Below the pieces are notes generated by a model, which was not told the origin of the DNA, ran no database searches, and saw only the letters and a list, made by a program, of their open reading frames with translations. Below, one piece after another: positions 29,110 to 38,982 of a stretch of DNA of 55,384 nt. Positions within the stretch are counted from its first letter, which is position 1. Each line of letters begins with the position of its first letter. Origin of the DNA: Sulfurospirillum sp. (GTDB lineage Bacteria; Campylobacterota; Campylobacteria; Campylobacterales; Sulfurospirillaceae); NCBI GenBank assembly GCA_045047115.1, contig JASFYR010000020.1, forward strand, positions 1 to 55,384, written 5' to 3'. The translations under genes and the position numbers were made by a program.

Positions 29110-30054
29110 ATGGACAAATTAGTTATAGCTACAAGAAAAAGCAAACTGGCTCTTTGGCAATCCGAGTATGTACAGCAGGTTTTGATGGATGCTCATACCG
29201 GCTTAAAGGTGGAGTTGGCAAAAATGCTTACAAAAGGCGACAAAATACTAGATACTCCACTTGCAAAAATTGGTGGAAAAGGTCTTTTTACAAAAGAGCT
29301 TGAAGAGTCTATGCTAAGAGGTGAATCACACTTGGCGGTTCATAGTCTAAAAGATGTACCTATGGAATTTCCACAAGGATTAAAACTGGCGGTCATAACA
29401 AAAAGAGAAGATGTCAGAGATGCTATGCTTTCAGAAAAATACTCAACTCTCGATGAACTGCCAAAAGGTGCAGTGGTGGGAACTACAAGCTTAAGAAGAA
29501 GAATGCAGCTACTTGAGATAAGACCTGATTTAGAGATAAAAAATCTAAGAGGCAATGTAAATACGAGAATCAGGAAACTAAAAGAGGGTGAATATGATGC
29601 TATTATCCTAGCAAGTGCCGGCATAAAAAGACTCGGGCTTCAGGGCGAAGTTAAATACTTTAGCCCAATAGATACATCCATCATGACTCCTGCCAGCGGA
29701 CAGGCTGCTCTAGGAATTGAGATAGTGGATAACCCGGAAGTTCAAAAGCTGGTCTCTGTTTTAAATGATGAAGAAGCGATCATAGAGACTACGATAGAGA
29801 GAGATTTTGTAACAGTTTTAGAGGGTGGTTGCCAAGTGCCAATCGGCATAAATGCAAAAGTAAAAGGCGATAAAATAGACATATCCTGTCTCATAGGATT
29901 ACCTGACGGAACAGAAGTTTTAAGAGAAAAAGTAGAGATAAAAAGAGATGACTACAAAGGAACAGGTAAAAAATTAGCTCAAAATATGATAGAGCGGGGT
30001 GCTAAAGAATTACTTCAAAGAGCGGAAAATATGGCATTGAACGAGATATTGTAA
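29110..30054 (+). CDS. hemC: Porphobilinogen deaminase
   Basis: ATRKSKLALWQ, GGKGLFTKELE, VHSLKD, GGCQVPIG. Confidence 0.97.
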   Translation: MDKLVIATRKSKLALWQSEYVQQVLMDAHTGLKVELAKMLTKGDKILDTPLAKIGGKGLFTKELEESMLRGESHLAVHSLKDVPMEFPQGLKLAVITKREDVRDAMLSEKYSTLDELPKGAVVGTTSLRRRMQLLEIRPDLEIKNLRGNVNTRIRKLKEGEYDAIILASAGIKRLGLQGEVKYFSPIDTSIMTPASGQAALGIEIVDNPEVQKLVSVLNDEEAIIETTIERDFVTVLEGGCQVPIGINAKVKGDKIDISCLIGLPDGTEVLREKVEIKRDDYKGTGKKLAQNMIERGAKELLQRAENMALNEIL

Positions 30055-31863
30055 ATGAAAAGAGTGATAGAGTTACTCAAAGACAATAACCTTCTTAGGG
30101 TGATAGAAGAAGAGGTTGATATCGACCTCGAGATGGCTCATATCGCTTATATAGAAGTTAAGCAAAAAGATTCCAGGGCACTGCTTTTTACGAAACCGGT
30201 GAGTAAAAAATTGGATAAAAAATTTGACATTCCAGTACTCATGAATGTTTTTGGCTCTTATGAAGCTACCAAATTGATATTTGAAAAAGAACCTGACGAG
30301 ATAGCAGACAAAATAGAGAGTCTTTTGCATTTGAGACCACCTTCCGGATTTATGGATAAAGTTGATATGCTCAGAGAACTTTTTAGCCTAAGGACTGTTT
30401 TTCCAAAGAGAGTCGATGCTAAAGCTCCTGCCCAAGAGGTTGTAAAAAAAGATATAGATCTTTTTGACTTGCCGATTTTAAAAACCTGGAGCGAAGACGG
30501 CGGTCCTTTTATCACCATGGGACAGGTCTATACTCAAAGTCTGGATGGTAAAAAACAAAATCTGGGTATGTATAGACTACAGGTTTATGATAAAAACAGA
30601 CTGGGAATGCACTGGCAGATACACAAAGATGGGGCTCACTTTTTTAATGAATACAAAAAAGCAGGTAAAAAGATGCCCGTGAGTGTGGCTATTGGTGGAG
30701 ATCCGCTCTATATCTGGTGCGGTCAGGCTCCTATGCCAAATGGTGTATTTGAACTGTTGCTCTATGGTCTCATCAAAGAAAAGAATGCAATTTTAGTGAA
30801 ATCAAAAACAAATCCTATATATATCCCAAGTGACAGCGATATAGTGATAGAAGGATGGGTAGATCCGTCAAAAGAGGAGATAGAAGGACCTTTTGGGGAC
30901 CATACGGGCTACTATACTCTTAAAGAGCCATATCCTGTAATGGATGTTACATGTATAACTACAAAACAAAAACCTGTCTTTCAAGCTACCGTTGTAGGTA
31001 AACCTCCTTTGGAAGACAAGTATATGGGTTGGGCAACTGAGAGGATATTTTTGCCGCTTTTAAAGACTACCGCACCTGATCTTATCGACTACCGTATGCC
31101 TGAAAATGGTGTTTTTCATAATTTAATCTTAGCTAAGATGAAAAGTTGCTACCCAGGACATGCAAAGCAGTTTATGCACGCATTTTGGGGTGTGGGGCAG
31201 ATGAGTTTTGTCAAACATGCCTTTTTTGTAAATGATGATGCACCCAAACTTGAAAACTACGAAGATATAAGTGATTATATATGCGATCGGGTGAGCGTAG
31301 AAAATATCCTCATAAGCGAAGGTGTTTGCGATGCACTGGACCATGCGAGCCCAAATGCCTGCTATGGTGGAAAGCTTGGGGTTGATTGCACAAAGGACAA
31401 TGTCAGGTATCCGAAGAAAGATATATTGGAAGATAAGGAGCTTTTGGATATAATCAGCTCTAAAATCACAGAGATAAAATCTCTTTGTCAGTATAAAACC
31501 CATACAAAGACTCCTATTTGCGTTTTTGGAGTGAAAAAAAACAGAGATATCAGAGAGATTTATGAGGAATTAAAAGAGTTCAAAGAGCATCTGAAACTTT
31601 TGGTTTTTGTGGATTCCGGTAAAAATGATATAACAAATCCCTATATGCTCATTTGGCGTGTTGTAAACAACATAGACGCCCAAAGAGATATATTTTTAGA
31701 GATGGAGTATATAGGAATAGACGCTACAAACAAGAACAAAAAAGATGGCTACAATAGAGAATGGCCGGATGATACTGATTGTGATAAAGAGGTGTTAAAG
31801 AGTTTGATGAAGCGAAAATTGATACAAAATAACAAGGAGTTATTAAAACACTACAATGTCTGA
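30055..31863 (+). CDS. ubiD: UbiD-family menaquinone biosynthesis decarboxylase (futalosine pathway)
   Basis: NLGMYRLQ, EGPFGDHTGYY, GGKLGVDCT. Confidence 0.88.
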   Translation: MKRVIELLKDNNLLRVIEEEVDIDLEMAHIAYIEVKQKDSRALLFTKPVSKKLDKKFDIPVLMNVFGSYEATKLIFEKEPDEIADKIESLLHLRPPSGFMDKVDMLRELFSLRTVFPKRVDAKAPAQEVVKKDIDLFDLPILKTWSEDGGPFITMGQVYTQSLDGKKQNLGMYRLQVYDKNRLGMHWQIHKDGAHFFNEYKKAGKKMPVSVAIGGDPLYIWCGQAPMPNGVFELLLYGLIKEKNAILVKSKTNPIYIPSDSDIVIEGWVDPSKEEIEGPFGDHTGYYTLKEPYPVMDVTCITTKQKPVFQATVVGKPPLEDKYMGWATERIFLPLLKTTAPDLIDYRMPENGVFHNLILAKMKSCYPGHAKQFMHAFWGVGQMSFVKHAFFVNDDAPKLENYEDISDYICDRVSVENILISEGVCDALDHASPNACYGGKLGVDCTKDNVRYPKKDILEDKELLDIISSKITEIKSLCQYKTHTKTPICVFGVKKNRDIREIYEELKEFKEHLKLLVFVDSGKNDITNPYMLIWRVVNNIDAQRDIFLEMEYIGIDATNKNKKDGYNREWPDDTDCDKEVLKSLMKRKLIQNNKELLKHYNV

Positions 31864-31905
31864 ATATTCGTCGAATATGCAGTGTGGTATCTTGGGAGTT
31901 AAGAT

Positions 31906-32949
31906 ATGACACTGCTAATAATATACTTTGCTCTTGCTGTTAGCATTTCATTTTTGTGCTCAATGCTTGAGTCAATACTTCTATCTTTAAACATGTCACA
32001 CATCAATGTTGTAAAGAGATCAAACCAAAAAATTGGCAAGTCTTTAGAGAAGCTAAAAAAAGAGTTAAATATCTCTTTGGCATCTATCCTGATTCTGAAT
32101 ACCATAGCAAATACGCTTGGAGCTGCTGGAGTCGGTGCACAGGCAAGTAAGCTTTTTGGCAACGAATATATGTTTTATGTATCAGCTGTCCTGACTTTGG
32201 TTATACTGTTTATTTCTGAAATTATTCCAAAGACTATCGGAGCTATGTATTATAAAGAGTTGGCACCCCTTGCTTCATATCTGATCAATTTTTTCATTTT
32301 TGTAACATATCCCCTGATAGTTGTCTCTATTTTTGTAACAAAAAAGATAGCAAATGATGAAAATGCAAATATAATCACCAGGGAAGAGCTTTTAGAGAGT
32401 ACGCTCATAAGTGAAAACGAAGGTGTGATAGATGAAAAAGAGTCTGATTACATAGAAAATATCTTAAGCCTGAATAAAAGTAAAGTTCATGAGATTCTAA
32501 CTCCCAGAAGCGTTATATTTGCGCTTGAGAAAGAGAAGCAAATCAAAGATATCATAAATAGACCCGGAATCAGAAAATTTTCCAGGGTTCCTCTGTATGA
32601 TGGCACAATCGACAATATAATCGGAGTAGTGCTAAGTAAAAAGATTTTTGAAGAGGCGATAAATACTCAGGATATCAAACTCGAAGAGCTGATGCAACCT
32701 ATATTTTCCATCAATGAAAATATACCGGTATCCTATACGCTCGATCTCTTTATTAAAAGAAAAGAACATATGTTTTTAGTAACCGACAGCTATGGACAAA
32801 CAGAGGGTATTGTAACGCTTGAGGATTGCATAGAGACCCTGCTTGGTATAGAGATTATGGATGAACTTGATACAACAGAAGATATGCAAAAACTGGCAAA
32901 AGAGAAAATGAAGAGTAAAAAAAAGAGGAAAAGCAGTCAGAAAGTTTGA
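31906..32949 (+). CDS. CNNM/CorC (DUF21 + CBS) membrane protein
   Basis: SFLCSMLES, SEIIPKT, ILTPR, GIVTLEDCIE. Confidence 0.88.
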   Translation: MTLLIIYFALAVSISFLCSMLESILLSLNMSHINVVKRSNQKIGKSLEKLKKELNISLASILILNTIANTLGAAGVGAQASKLFGNEYMFYVSAVLTLVILFISEIIPKTIGAMYYKELAPLASYLINFFIFVTYPLIVVSIFVTKKIANDENANIITREELLESTLISENEGVIDEKESDYIENILSLNKSKVHEILTPRSVIFALEKEKQIKDIINRPGIRKFSRVPLYDGTIDNIIGVVLSKKIFEEAINTQDIKLEELMQPIFSINENIPVSYTLDLFIKRKEHMFLVTDSYGQTEGIVTLEDCIETLLGIEIMDELDTTEDMQKLAKEKMKSKKKRKSSQKV

Positions 32950-33054
32950 TTTTTGTATAGGTGAACTAGCTTAAAGCCAAAATTTTATTATTTTTGTGAT
33001 AAAATTACATAAAAGGTATTTTTGATAAGCCTAAAAGTATAATTGGAGCTAAAA

Positions 33055-33639
33055 TTGGACAAAAAACTTAAAAAAACTGAACTTATACTTGAGAAATCAT
33101 TGGTTTTATTTTCAAAAAAAGGTTTTTACAGTACAACTATTCCAGATATCGCAAAAGCCATGAACATGAGTGTTGGAAATTTGTATAACTATTTTTCTTC
33201 AAAAGAGGAGTTGGCAAGAAGTGTCATAAGATACTCTTCTGATATATTGGGAGCAAAGATAAGAGTTATAAATGAGAGGGATATAGATACAAAGCAGAAG
33301 ATATATGAAATTGTAAAGTTATACTTTACTATGGCGATAGAACAACCTGAACATTTAGAATTTTTTCTCAGAGTCTATCTTTCAAATAAAGAGATTTTTA
33401 AAGATGGCTGTGAGGGCATGGTCTGTGTTGCTGCATTTGTTACAGAACTTATGATATTTTTTGAAGAGGGCGTTAGAAGAAAAGAGCTTAGAAATCAAAA
33501 CTTTTTCTCTGCTTTTGGCCTTTTTATGGGCTATTTGGGTGGTTTTGTATTTTTAAATGGAGAAGGCATACTTGATGACAAGCTTGAAAACTATGTAGAT
33601 GATATATCCGAAAATATATACAGAGCTCTAAAAATATAG
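33055..33639 (+). CDS. TetR/AcrR-family regulator, hydrogenase-associated
   Basis: GFYSTTIPDIAKAMNMSVGNLYNYFSSKEEL HTH. TTG 33055 follows GGAG; TTG 33043 is the alternative. Confidence 0.9.
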   Translation: MDKKLKKTELILEKSLVLFSKKGFYSTTIPDIAKAMNMSVGNLYNYFSSKEELARSVIRYSSDILGAKIRVINERDIDTKQKIYEIVKLYFTMAIEQPEHLEFFLRVYLSNKEIFKDGCEGMVCVAAFVTELMIFFEEGVRRKELRNQNFFSAFGLFMGYLGGFVFLNGEGILDDKLENYVDDISENIYRALKI

Positions 33640-33646
33640 TCAGTAT

Positions 33647-34537
33647 ATGTCCTGTTATCAATCTAAACAAACTATTATCTGGATTCAAGGTATCACTTGC
33701 AATGGAGACTCACACTCTTTTTTTAACTACTCACAAATGAAGAGTTTTGCTAAAAATTTTGAGATTCTTTATCATCCCCTGCTTGTGATGGATTATGATT
33801 TGGAGACTATTTTAAAGAGTAATGAGAATTATGATTATCTGATAGTGGAGGGTTCTTTTACGAAAGTCAAAGAGTATGTAGATAGAAGGGGATACTCTTT
33901 TAGCGAGTTGATTGATAATTTAGCCAAAAGAGCAAAATACATAATATGCGCCGGTAGTTGTGCAAGTTTTGGTGGACTTTTTAGGATCAGGGATGAAGAA
34001 AATATATATGGTGCCCTCTATGCAGGAGAAGAGAGAGGCGGATATTGGGATAAAAACCACAAAGTTATAAATATACCAGGATGCCCAATGCACCCAAAGT
34101 GGCTGATTGATACTCTTTTTGCACTGAAAAATGGAAAAGTCTTGTTATTGGATGAGTACTTGAGACCCAAAGAGATTTACTCATATTTTGTTCATCATGG
34201 CTGTATGAGAAATGAGTATTTTGAGTGGAAGATAGATACAAAAAATTTCGGTGAAAAAGAGGGTTGTCTCTTCTATGACCACGGATGCAGGGGTCCTATG
34301 ACTCATGCAAACTGCAATAAAATCTTATGGAACGAAGTAAGTTCTAAAACAAGAGCAGGTTCACCTTGTCTTGGATGCACCGAGCCTGATTTCCCCAGGG
34401 ACAATGTGTACGAAACTAAAAAGTATATGTCGCTTCCTGCCACTCCGGTTGGAGTCAGTAAGAGAGCATACTACTCTATAACCGGTGTGGCAAAAAGTTT
34501 TAAGATAGATAGGCTTGAGAAGAGGTTGATAAGATGA
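33647..34537 (+). CDS. hupS: Cytoplasmic [NiFe]-hydrogenase small subunit (group 2d-like)
   Basis: TCNGDSHS, GSCASFGG, PGCPMHP, HHGC and PCLGC; no Tat leader or TM anchor. Confidence 0.85.
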   Translation: MSCYQSKQTIIWIQGITCNGDSHSFFNYSQMKSFAKNFEILYHPLLVMDYDLETILKSNENYDYLIVEGSFTKVKEYVDRRGYSFSELIDNLAKRAKYIICAGSCASFGGLFRIRDEENIYGALYAGEERGGYWDKNHKVINIPGCPMHPKWLIDTLFALKNGKVLLLDEYLRPKEIYSYFVHHGCMRNEYFEWKIDTKNFGEKEGCLFYDHGCRGPMTHANCNKILWNEVSSKTRAGSPCLGCTEPDFPRDNVYETKKYMSLPATPVGVSKRAYYSITGVAKSFKIDRLEKRLIR

Positions 34538-35877
34538 TAACCAAAGAGATTATAGAGCGTATCGAGGGTGAAGCTACGCTTGAACTGGAGTGGAAGGGGA
34601 GTAAAATATCCTATGCAAAAATCAAGTTTTTAAACTACAGGGCTATCGAAGATATCTTGGTGGGCAGACATTTGTTAGATGCCTTGATGATAACTCCCAG
34701 AGTCTGTGGCATATGTTCACATTCGCATGTAAATGCAACCATACTTGCCATAGAGAATTGCTATAAAAACAGTGGTGTAGAGCTGAATCTCACAGAAAAA
34801 GCCAAACAGATACGAGAGCTTGTTATAAATGCCGAAAAGATACAAAACCATATAAAATGGTTCTATTTTTTGATACTGCCAGAGCTTTTCAAGATAAACA
34901 AAGATAAATTTCTTGCAACAGAGCCTTTTAAAGACAAAGAGTGGTTTGAAGCACAAAATGCCCTGAGTGACATACTGAAAATGGGAGCTATTTTTTCCGG
35001 ACAATGGCCTCATGGCTCCTATGTAATGACAGGCGGTGTTACATGCGATCCTCTTCAAAGCGATATATCAAATGCACAGAATTTCCTGTCAAATGTCTAT
35101 GATTTCTGCGAAGAGAGACTTTTCGGATGCAGTATCGATGAATTTTTAGAGTTGGACTCTATAACGGATTTGATGAATTTTGACTCTACTTTGGATATTG
35201 CCGTGACTTTTATGAAAGAGATGGGGTTTAACGGGATTGGAGAGAGCTATGATAGATTTATCTCTTTTGGCGAGAATCAAGGCATAGATATGCCAACCAA
35301 AGCGATAAAAACAAGACTCTACAAGGCAAATGTAAAGTTTGTTGAAGAGAGTTTGAAAAACAGCTTTTTCGAGAGTAAAAAGAGTGGTTTTACATACTCT
35401 AAGAGTGCTGTATATAAAAATGATTTTTATGAAGTGGGACCACTCGCGAGACTTATGATAAGCAAAGACAGTATGATACGAGATTGTCACAGAAGGTGTA
35501 CAGATTCTGTTATCACAAGAATTATAGCCAGAGTAAAAGAGATAGCTATACTTCTAAAAAGATGTAAATATATACTTGAAAACATAGATATAAAACAACC
35601 ATCCCTTCAAACTCCAAGATTTATGCCAAAACATATCACAGCAGAGGGCATAGGTGTGGTAGAGGCAGCGAGAGGAACTCTTATACATAAGATTAAAGTA
35701 GAAAAGGGAAGGATAGAAAGATATGATATCATCCCACCGACTGTGTGGAATCTTGGCAACGGAAGTCTACAAAATCCGTCTATTGCACAAAAAGCTATCA
35801 TAGGACTTGACAGTGTGAAAAAAGCAGATTTTGTTTTTAAAAGTTTTGATATATGCTCTGTCTGCACTACACAATAA
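34534..35877 (+). CDS. hupL: Cytoplasmic [NiFe]-hydrogenase large subunit (group 2d-like)
   Basis: RIEG, L1 RVCGIC, L2 FDICSVCTTQ at the very C-terminus. Confidence 0.88.
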   Translation: MITKEIIERIEGEATLELEWKGSKISYAKIKFLNYRAIEDILVGRHLLDALMITPRVCGICSHSHVNATILAIENCYKNSGVELNLTEKAKQIRELVINAEKIQNHIKWFYFLILPELFKINKDKFLATEPFKDKEWFEAQNALSDILKMGAIFSGQWPHGSYVMTGGVTCDPLQSDISNAQNFLSNVYDFCEERLFGCSIDEFLELDSITDLMNFDSTLDIAVTFMKEMGFNGIGESYDRFISFGENQGIDMPTKAIKTRLYKANVKFVEESLKNSFFESKKSGFTYSKSAVYKNDFYEVGPLARLMISKDSMIRDCHRRCTDSVITRIIARVKEIAILLKRCKYILENIDIKQPSLQTPRFMPKHITAEGIGVVEAARGTLIHKIKVEKGRIERYDIIPPTVWNLGNGSLQNPSIAQKAIIGLDSVKKADFVFKSFDICSVCTTQ

Positions 35878-35964
35878 AATAATCACAAAAAAATTATCTT
35901 TCTTATGCCAAACTTAAGAAAAACTCTTTAATTTTCTATAGTTTTGTTACTTTTTTACCCACCA

Positions 35965-36048
35965 AAGTGAATATTCATTCGATAAATTAATATTCACTTG
36001 TATTTTAAGTAAAATTATGCTTTAATTTTACTAATAAATAACTATTCA
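35965..36048 (+). promoter_or_regulatory. hydA promoter with candidate operator repeats
   Basis: Perfect IR AAGTGAATATT-N13-AATATTCACTT (35965-35999); TTGTAT-17-TTTAAT with extended TG; TAAAT-N4-ATTCA at 36035-36048. Confidence 0.6.
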
Positions 36049-36092
36049 TTCATTTATGGATAAATATAAACTCAGTTATTAAGGAGAGTTGA

Positions 36093-37247
36093 ATGGAGCA
36101 AGAAAAACTGTACCAGAGTCTAAGCGATAGACTAGGTAAGCTTTCGAAATTTCCAAGGATGAAAGATGATGGCAAATCAATCTCGTCTCTATTGGAAGAG
36201 CATGGTTTCTCAAGAAGAGATTTTATGAAATGGGCCGCTAGCATGACTGCTATGTTGTCCCTTCCGGCATCTTTTTCACCATTGATGGCGCAAGCTGCGG
36301 AGTTGACCGACAGACTGCCTGTTATATGGTTGCATATGGCGGAGTGTACAGGTTGCAGCGAGAGTCTGTTAAGAAGCGCTGCACCGACTATAGACAGCCT
36401 CATATTTGATTATATTTCACTTGAATATCATGAAACACTTATGGCAGCGGCCGGTTGGCAAGCTGAACAAACGCTGGAGGAATCAATCAAAAAATATAAA
36501 GACAAGTATATTTTGATGGTTGAGGGCGGAATACCTTCAGGAAAAAGTAGTTTTTATTTGACTGTTGGGCCTCAGGGACAAACAGGCGAATCTCACGCAA
36601 AAGAGGCAGCAGATAATGCTTTGGCTATATTTGCAATTGGCACATGTTCGAGTTTTGGTGGAGTTCAAGCAGCTGCTCCAAACCCTACAAATGCTCAACC
36701 TCTCCACAAGGTCACGCAAAAACCTGTCATAAATGTACCTGGTTGCCCTCCAAGTTCAAGAAATATAGTAGGAAATGTACTGCAATATATACTCTTTGGC
36801 ACACTTCCTGCCCTTGATGCCTACAATCGTCCAAAATGGGCTTACGGAAAGAGAATCCACGATCAGTGCGAGAGAAGAGGTCATTTTGATGCGGGTGAGT
36901 TTGTACAGGAGTTTGGCGATGAGGGAGCAAAAAAAGGATATTGCCTATATAAAGTGGGGTGTAAGGGTCCTTATACATTTAATAACTGCTCAAGAGAGAG
37001 ATTCAATCAGCACACATCTTGGCCTGTCCAAGCCGGACATGGCTGTATAGGTTGTAGTGAACCGGATTTTTGGGATAAAATGGGACCATTTGAAATGCCT
37101 CTGGCCGATAGACTTTACAGTAGTGTGTTTAGAGGCTTGGGTGCTGATGCAACAGCAGATAAGATAGGTGCAACCATACTCACAGTAACAGCATTGGGTA
37201 TAGCTGCACACGCTGCAATCTCTGTAATAAAAAAACCGAAGGAGTAG
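36093..37247 (+). CDS. hydA: Membrane-bound uptake [NiFe]-hydrogenase small subunit (group 1b)
   Basis: Tat motif SRRDFMK, ECTGCSES, PGCPP, C-terminal TM anchor with His. Confidence 0.95.
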   Translation: MEQEKLYQSLSDRLGKLSKFPRMKDDGKSISSLLEEHGFSRRDFMKWAASMTAMLSLPASFSPLMAQAAELTDRLPVIWLHMAECTGCSESLLRSAAPTIDSLIFDYISLEYHETLMAAAGWQAEQTLEESIKKYKDKYILMVEGGIPSGKSSFYLTVGPQGQTGESHAKEAADNALAIFAIGTCSSFGGVQAAAPNPTNAQPLHKVTQKPVINVPGCPPSSRNIVGNVLQYILFGTLPALDAYNRPKWAYGKRIHDQCERRGHFDAGEFVQEFGDEGAKKGYCLYKVGCKGPYTFNNCSRERFNQHTSWPVQAGHGCIGCSEPDFWDKMGPFEMPLADRLYSSVFRGLGADATADKIGATILTVTALGIAAHAAISVIKKPKE

Positions 37248-37251
37248 ATAA

Positions 37252-38973
37252 ATGTCAAAAAGAGTAGTAGTTGATCCAATCACAAGGATAGAAGGACATT
37301 TAAGAATAGAAGTGGTTGTGGATGATAATAATGTAGTACAAGAGGCATATTCATCTTCGACCTTATGGAGAGGAATAGAGACAATCCTAAAGGGAAGAGA
37401 TCCAAGAGATGCCGGTTTTTTTACTCAGAGGATTTGTGGTGTTTGCACCTACTCTCATTATAGAGCAGGAATTGAAGCAGTTGAAAATGCACTTGGTATC
37501 AATCCTCCTTTAAATGCAAAATTGGTTAAAACTTTAATGAATATAGCCTTGTATCTGCATGATCACACCGTGCATTTTTACCATCTTCACGGACTTGACT
37601 GGGTAGATGTTGTATCTGCTTTGAAGGCTGATCCTCACAAAGCAGCGCAAGAGGCATTTAAGTATAGCTCAAACCCTATGGCGTGTGGTGCAGATGATTT
37701 GGTGGAGACACTAAAAAGAGTAGGCGACTTTGTAAAAAAGGGAAATCTCGGACCATTTGCAAATGCTTACTGGGGGAATAAAACCTATAAATTTACACCT
37801 GAGCAAAATTTGATAGCTCTTTCACACTATCTAAAAGCTTTGGAGATGCAGAGAATTGCTGCTCAAATGATGGCTATATTTGGCGGAAAACAGCCACATC
37901 CTCAAAGTTTGAGTGTTGGTGGAGTGACTTGTATAATGGACTTGCAAGATCCTGCAAGACTCGGTGAGTTTTTAACGAAATTTAAAGAGATGGCTGATTT
38001 TGTGAATCGTGCATACTATCCTGATCTCGTAATGGCTGCCAAAGCATATGCTACAGAGCCTAGTGTAAATGCAGGCTTGGGAACGGCAAATCTCATGACA
38101 TCAAAAGAATTTTTACTAAATGCAGATGAGTATCTATTTGATAGTGGTATTATTTTAAATGGTGATATATCCAAGGTCTATGAGATAAACGAAGATAAGA
38201 TCACGGAAGAGGCGACACACTCATGGTATGTTGATAATGAACCTCTTCACCCTTATAACGGAAAGACAAATCCAAACTATACCGGATTTCAAGATGCTCA
38301 AACAGTAAACGGAAAAGGTGAGTTGGAGACAACTAAAGTTTTAAAAGAGAATGAAAAATACTCTTGGATAAAATCACCCAGATATGATGGCAAACCTATG
38401 CAGGTTGGTCCACTTTCAAATATAGTTATAAACTATGCAAAAGGAAACAAGAGAGTTACAAAGGTTGTTGACCAGTTCTTAAAAGATACAGGACTTCCTC
38501 TAAAGGCTGTATTTTCCACTCTTGGACGAACTGCTGCCAGAATGCTTGAAGCCAAGACTATAGCAGACAATGGGCTAGAAACTTTTAACTCTTTGATCCA
38601 AAACCTAAAAGTTGATGACTCAACATATACTACATATCAAATAGATAACAACAAAGAGTACAAGGGTAGATTTATGGGGAATGCACCAAGAGGAATCCTT
38701 AGCCACTGGGTCAGAATAAAAAATGGTGTTATAGAGAATTGGCAAGCAGTCGTACCATCAACATGGAATGCCGGTCCAAGAGATGCCAAAGGAGTCAGGG
38801 GACCTTATGAAGAATCTTTGATTGGTCTTAAAATTGCAGATTTATCTCAACCGCTTGAAATCATAAGAGTCATACACTCTTTTGATCCGTGTATCGCCTG
38901 CGCTGTACACTTGATGGATACAAAAGGCAATGAGTTAAGTGAGTACAAAGTAGATTTAAGCTGTTTTTGCTAA
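37252..38973 (+). CDS. hydB: Uptake [NiFe]-hydrogenase large subunit
   Basis: RICGVC and DPCIACAVH, followed by a cleavable C-terminal extension. Confidence 0.96.
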   Translation: MSKRVVVDPITRIEGHLRIEVVVDDNNVVQEAYSSSTLWRGIETILKGRDPRDAGFFTQRICGVCTYSHYRAGIEAVENALGINPPLNAKLVKTLMNIALYLHDHTVHFYHLHGLDWVDVVSALKADPHKAAQEAFKYSSNPMACGADDLVETLKRVGDFVKKGNLGPFANAYWGNKTYKFTPEQNLIALSHYLKALEMQRIAAQMMAIFGGKQPHPQSLSVGGVTCIMDLQDPARLGEFLTKFKEMADFVNRAYYPDLVMAAKAYATEPSVNAGLGTANLMTSKEFLLNADEYLFDSGIILNGDISKVYEINEDKITEEATHSWYVDNEPLHPYNGKTNPNYTGFQDAQTVNGKGELETTKVLKENEKYSWIKSPRYDGKPMQVGPLSNIVINYAKGNKRVTKVVDQFLKDTGLPLKAVFSTLGRTAARMLEAKTIADNGLETFNSLIQNLKVDDSTYTTYQIDNNKEYKGRFMGNAPRGILSHWVRIKNGVIENWQAVVPSTWNAGPRDAKGVRGPYEESLIGLKIADLSQPLEIIRVIHSFDPCIACAVHLMDTKGNELSEYKVDLSCFC

Positions 38974-38982
38974 GGAGTAGTT

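Noticed and set aside
32994..33010. CRP or Rex site upstream of tetR (TTGTGATAAAATTACAT)
   Set aside because: Spacing is one base short of both consensus sites; too weak in AT-rich DNA.
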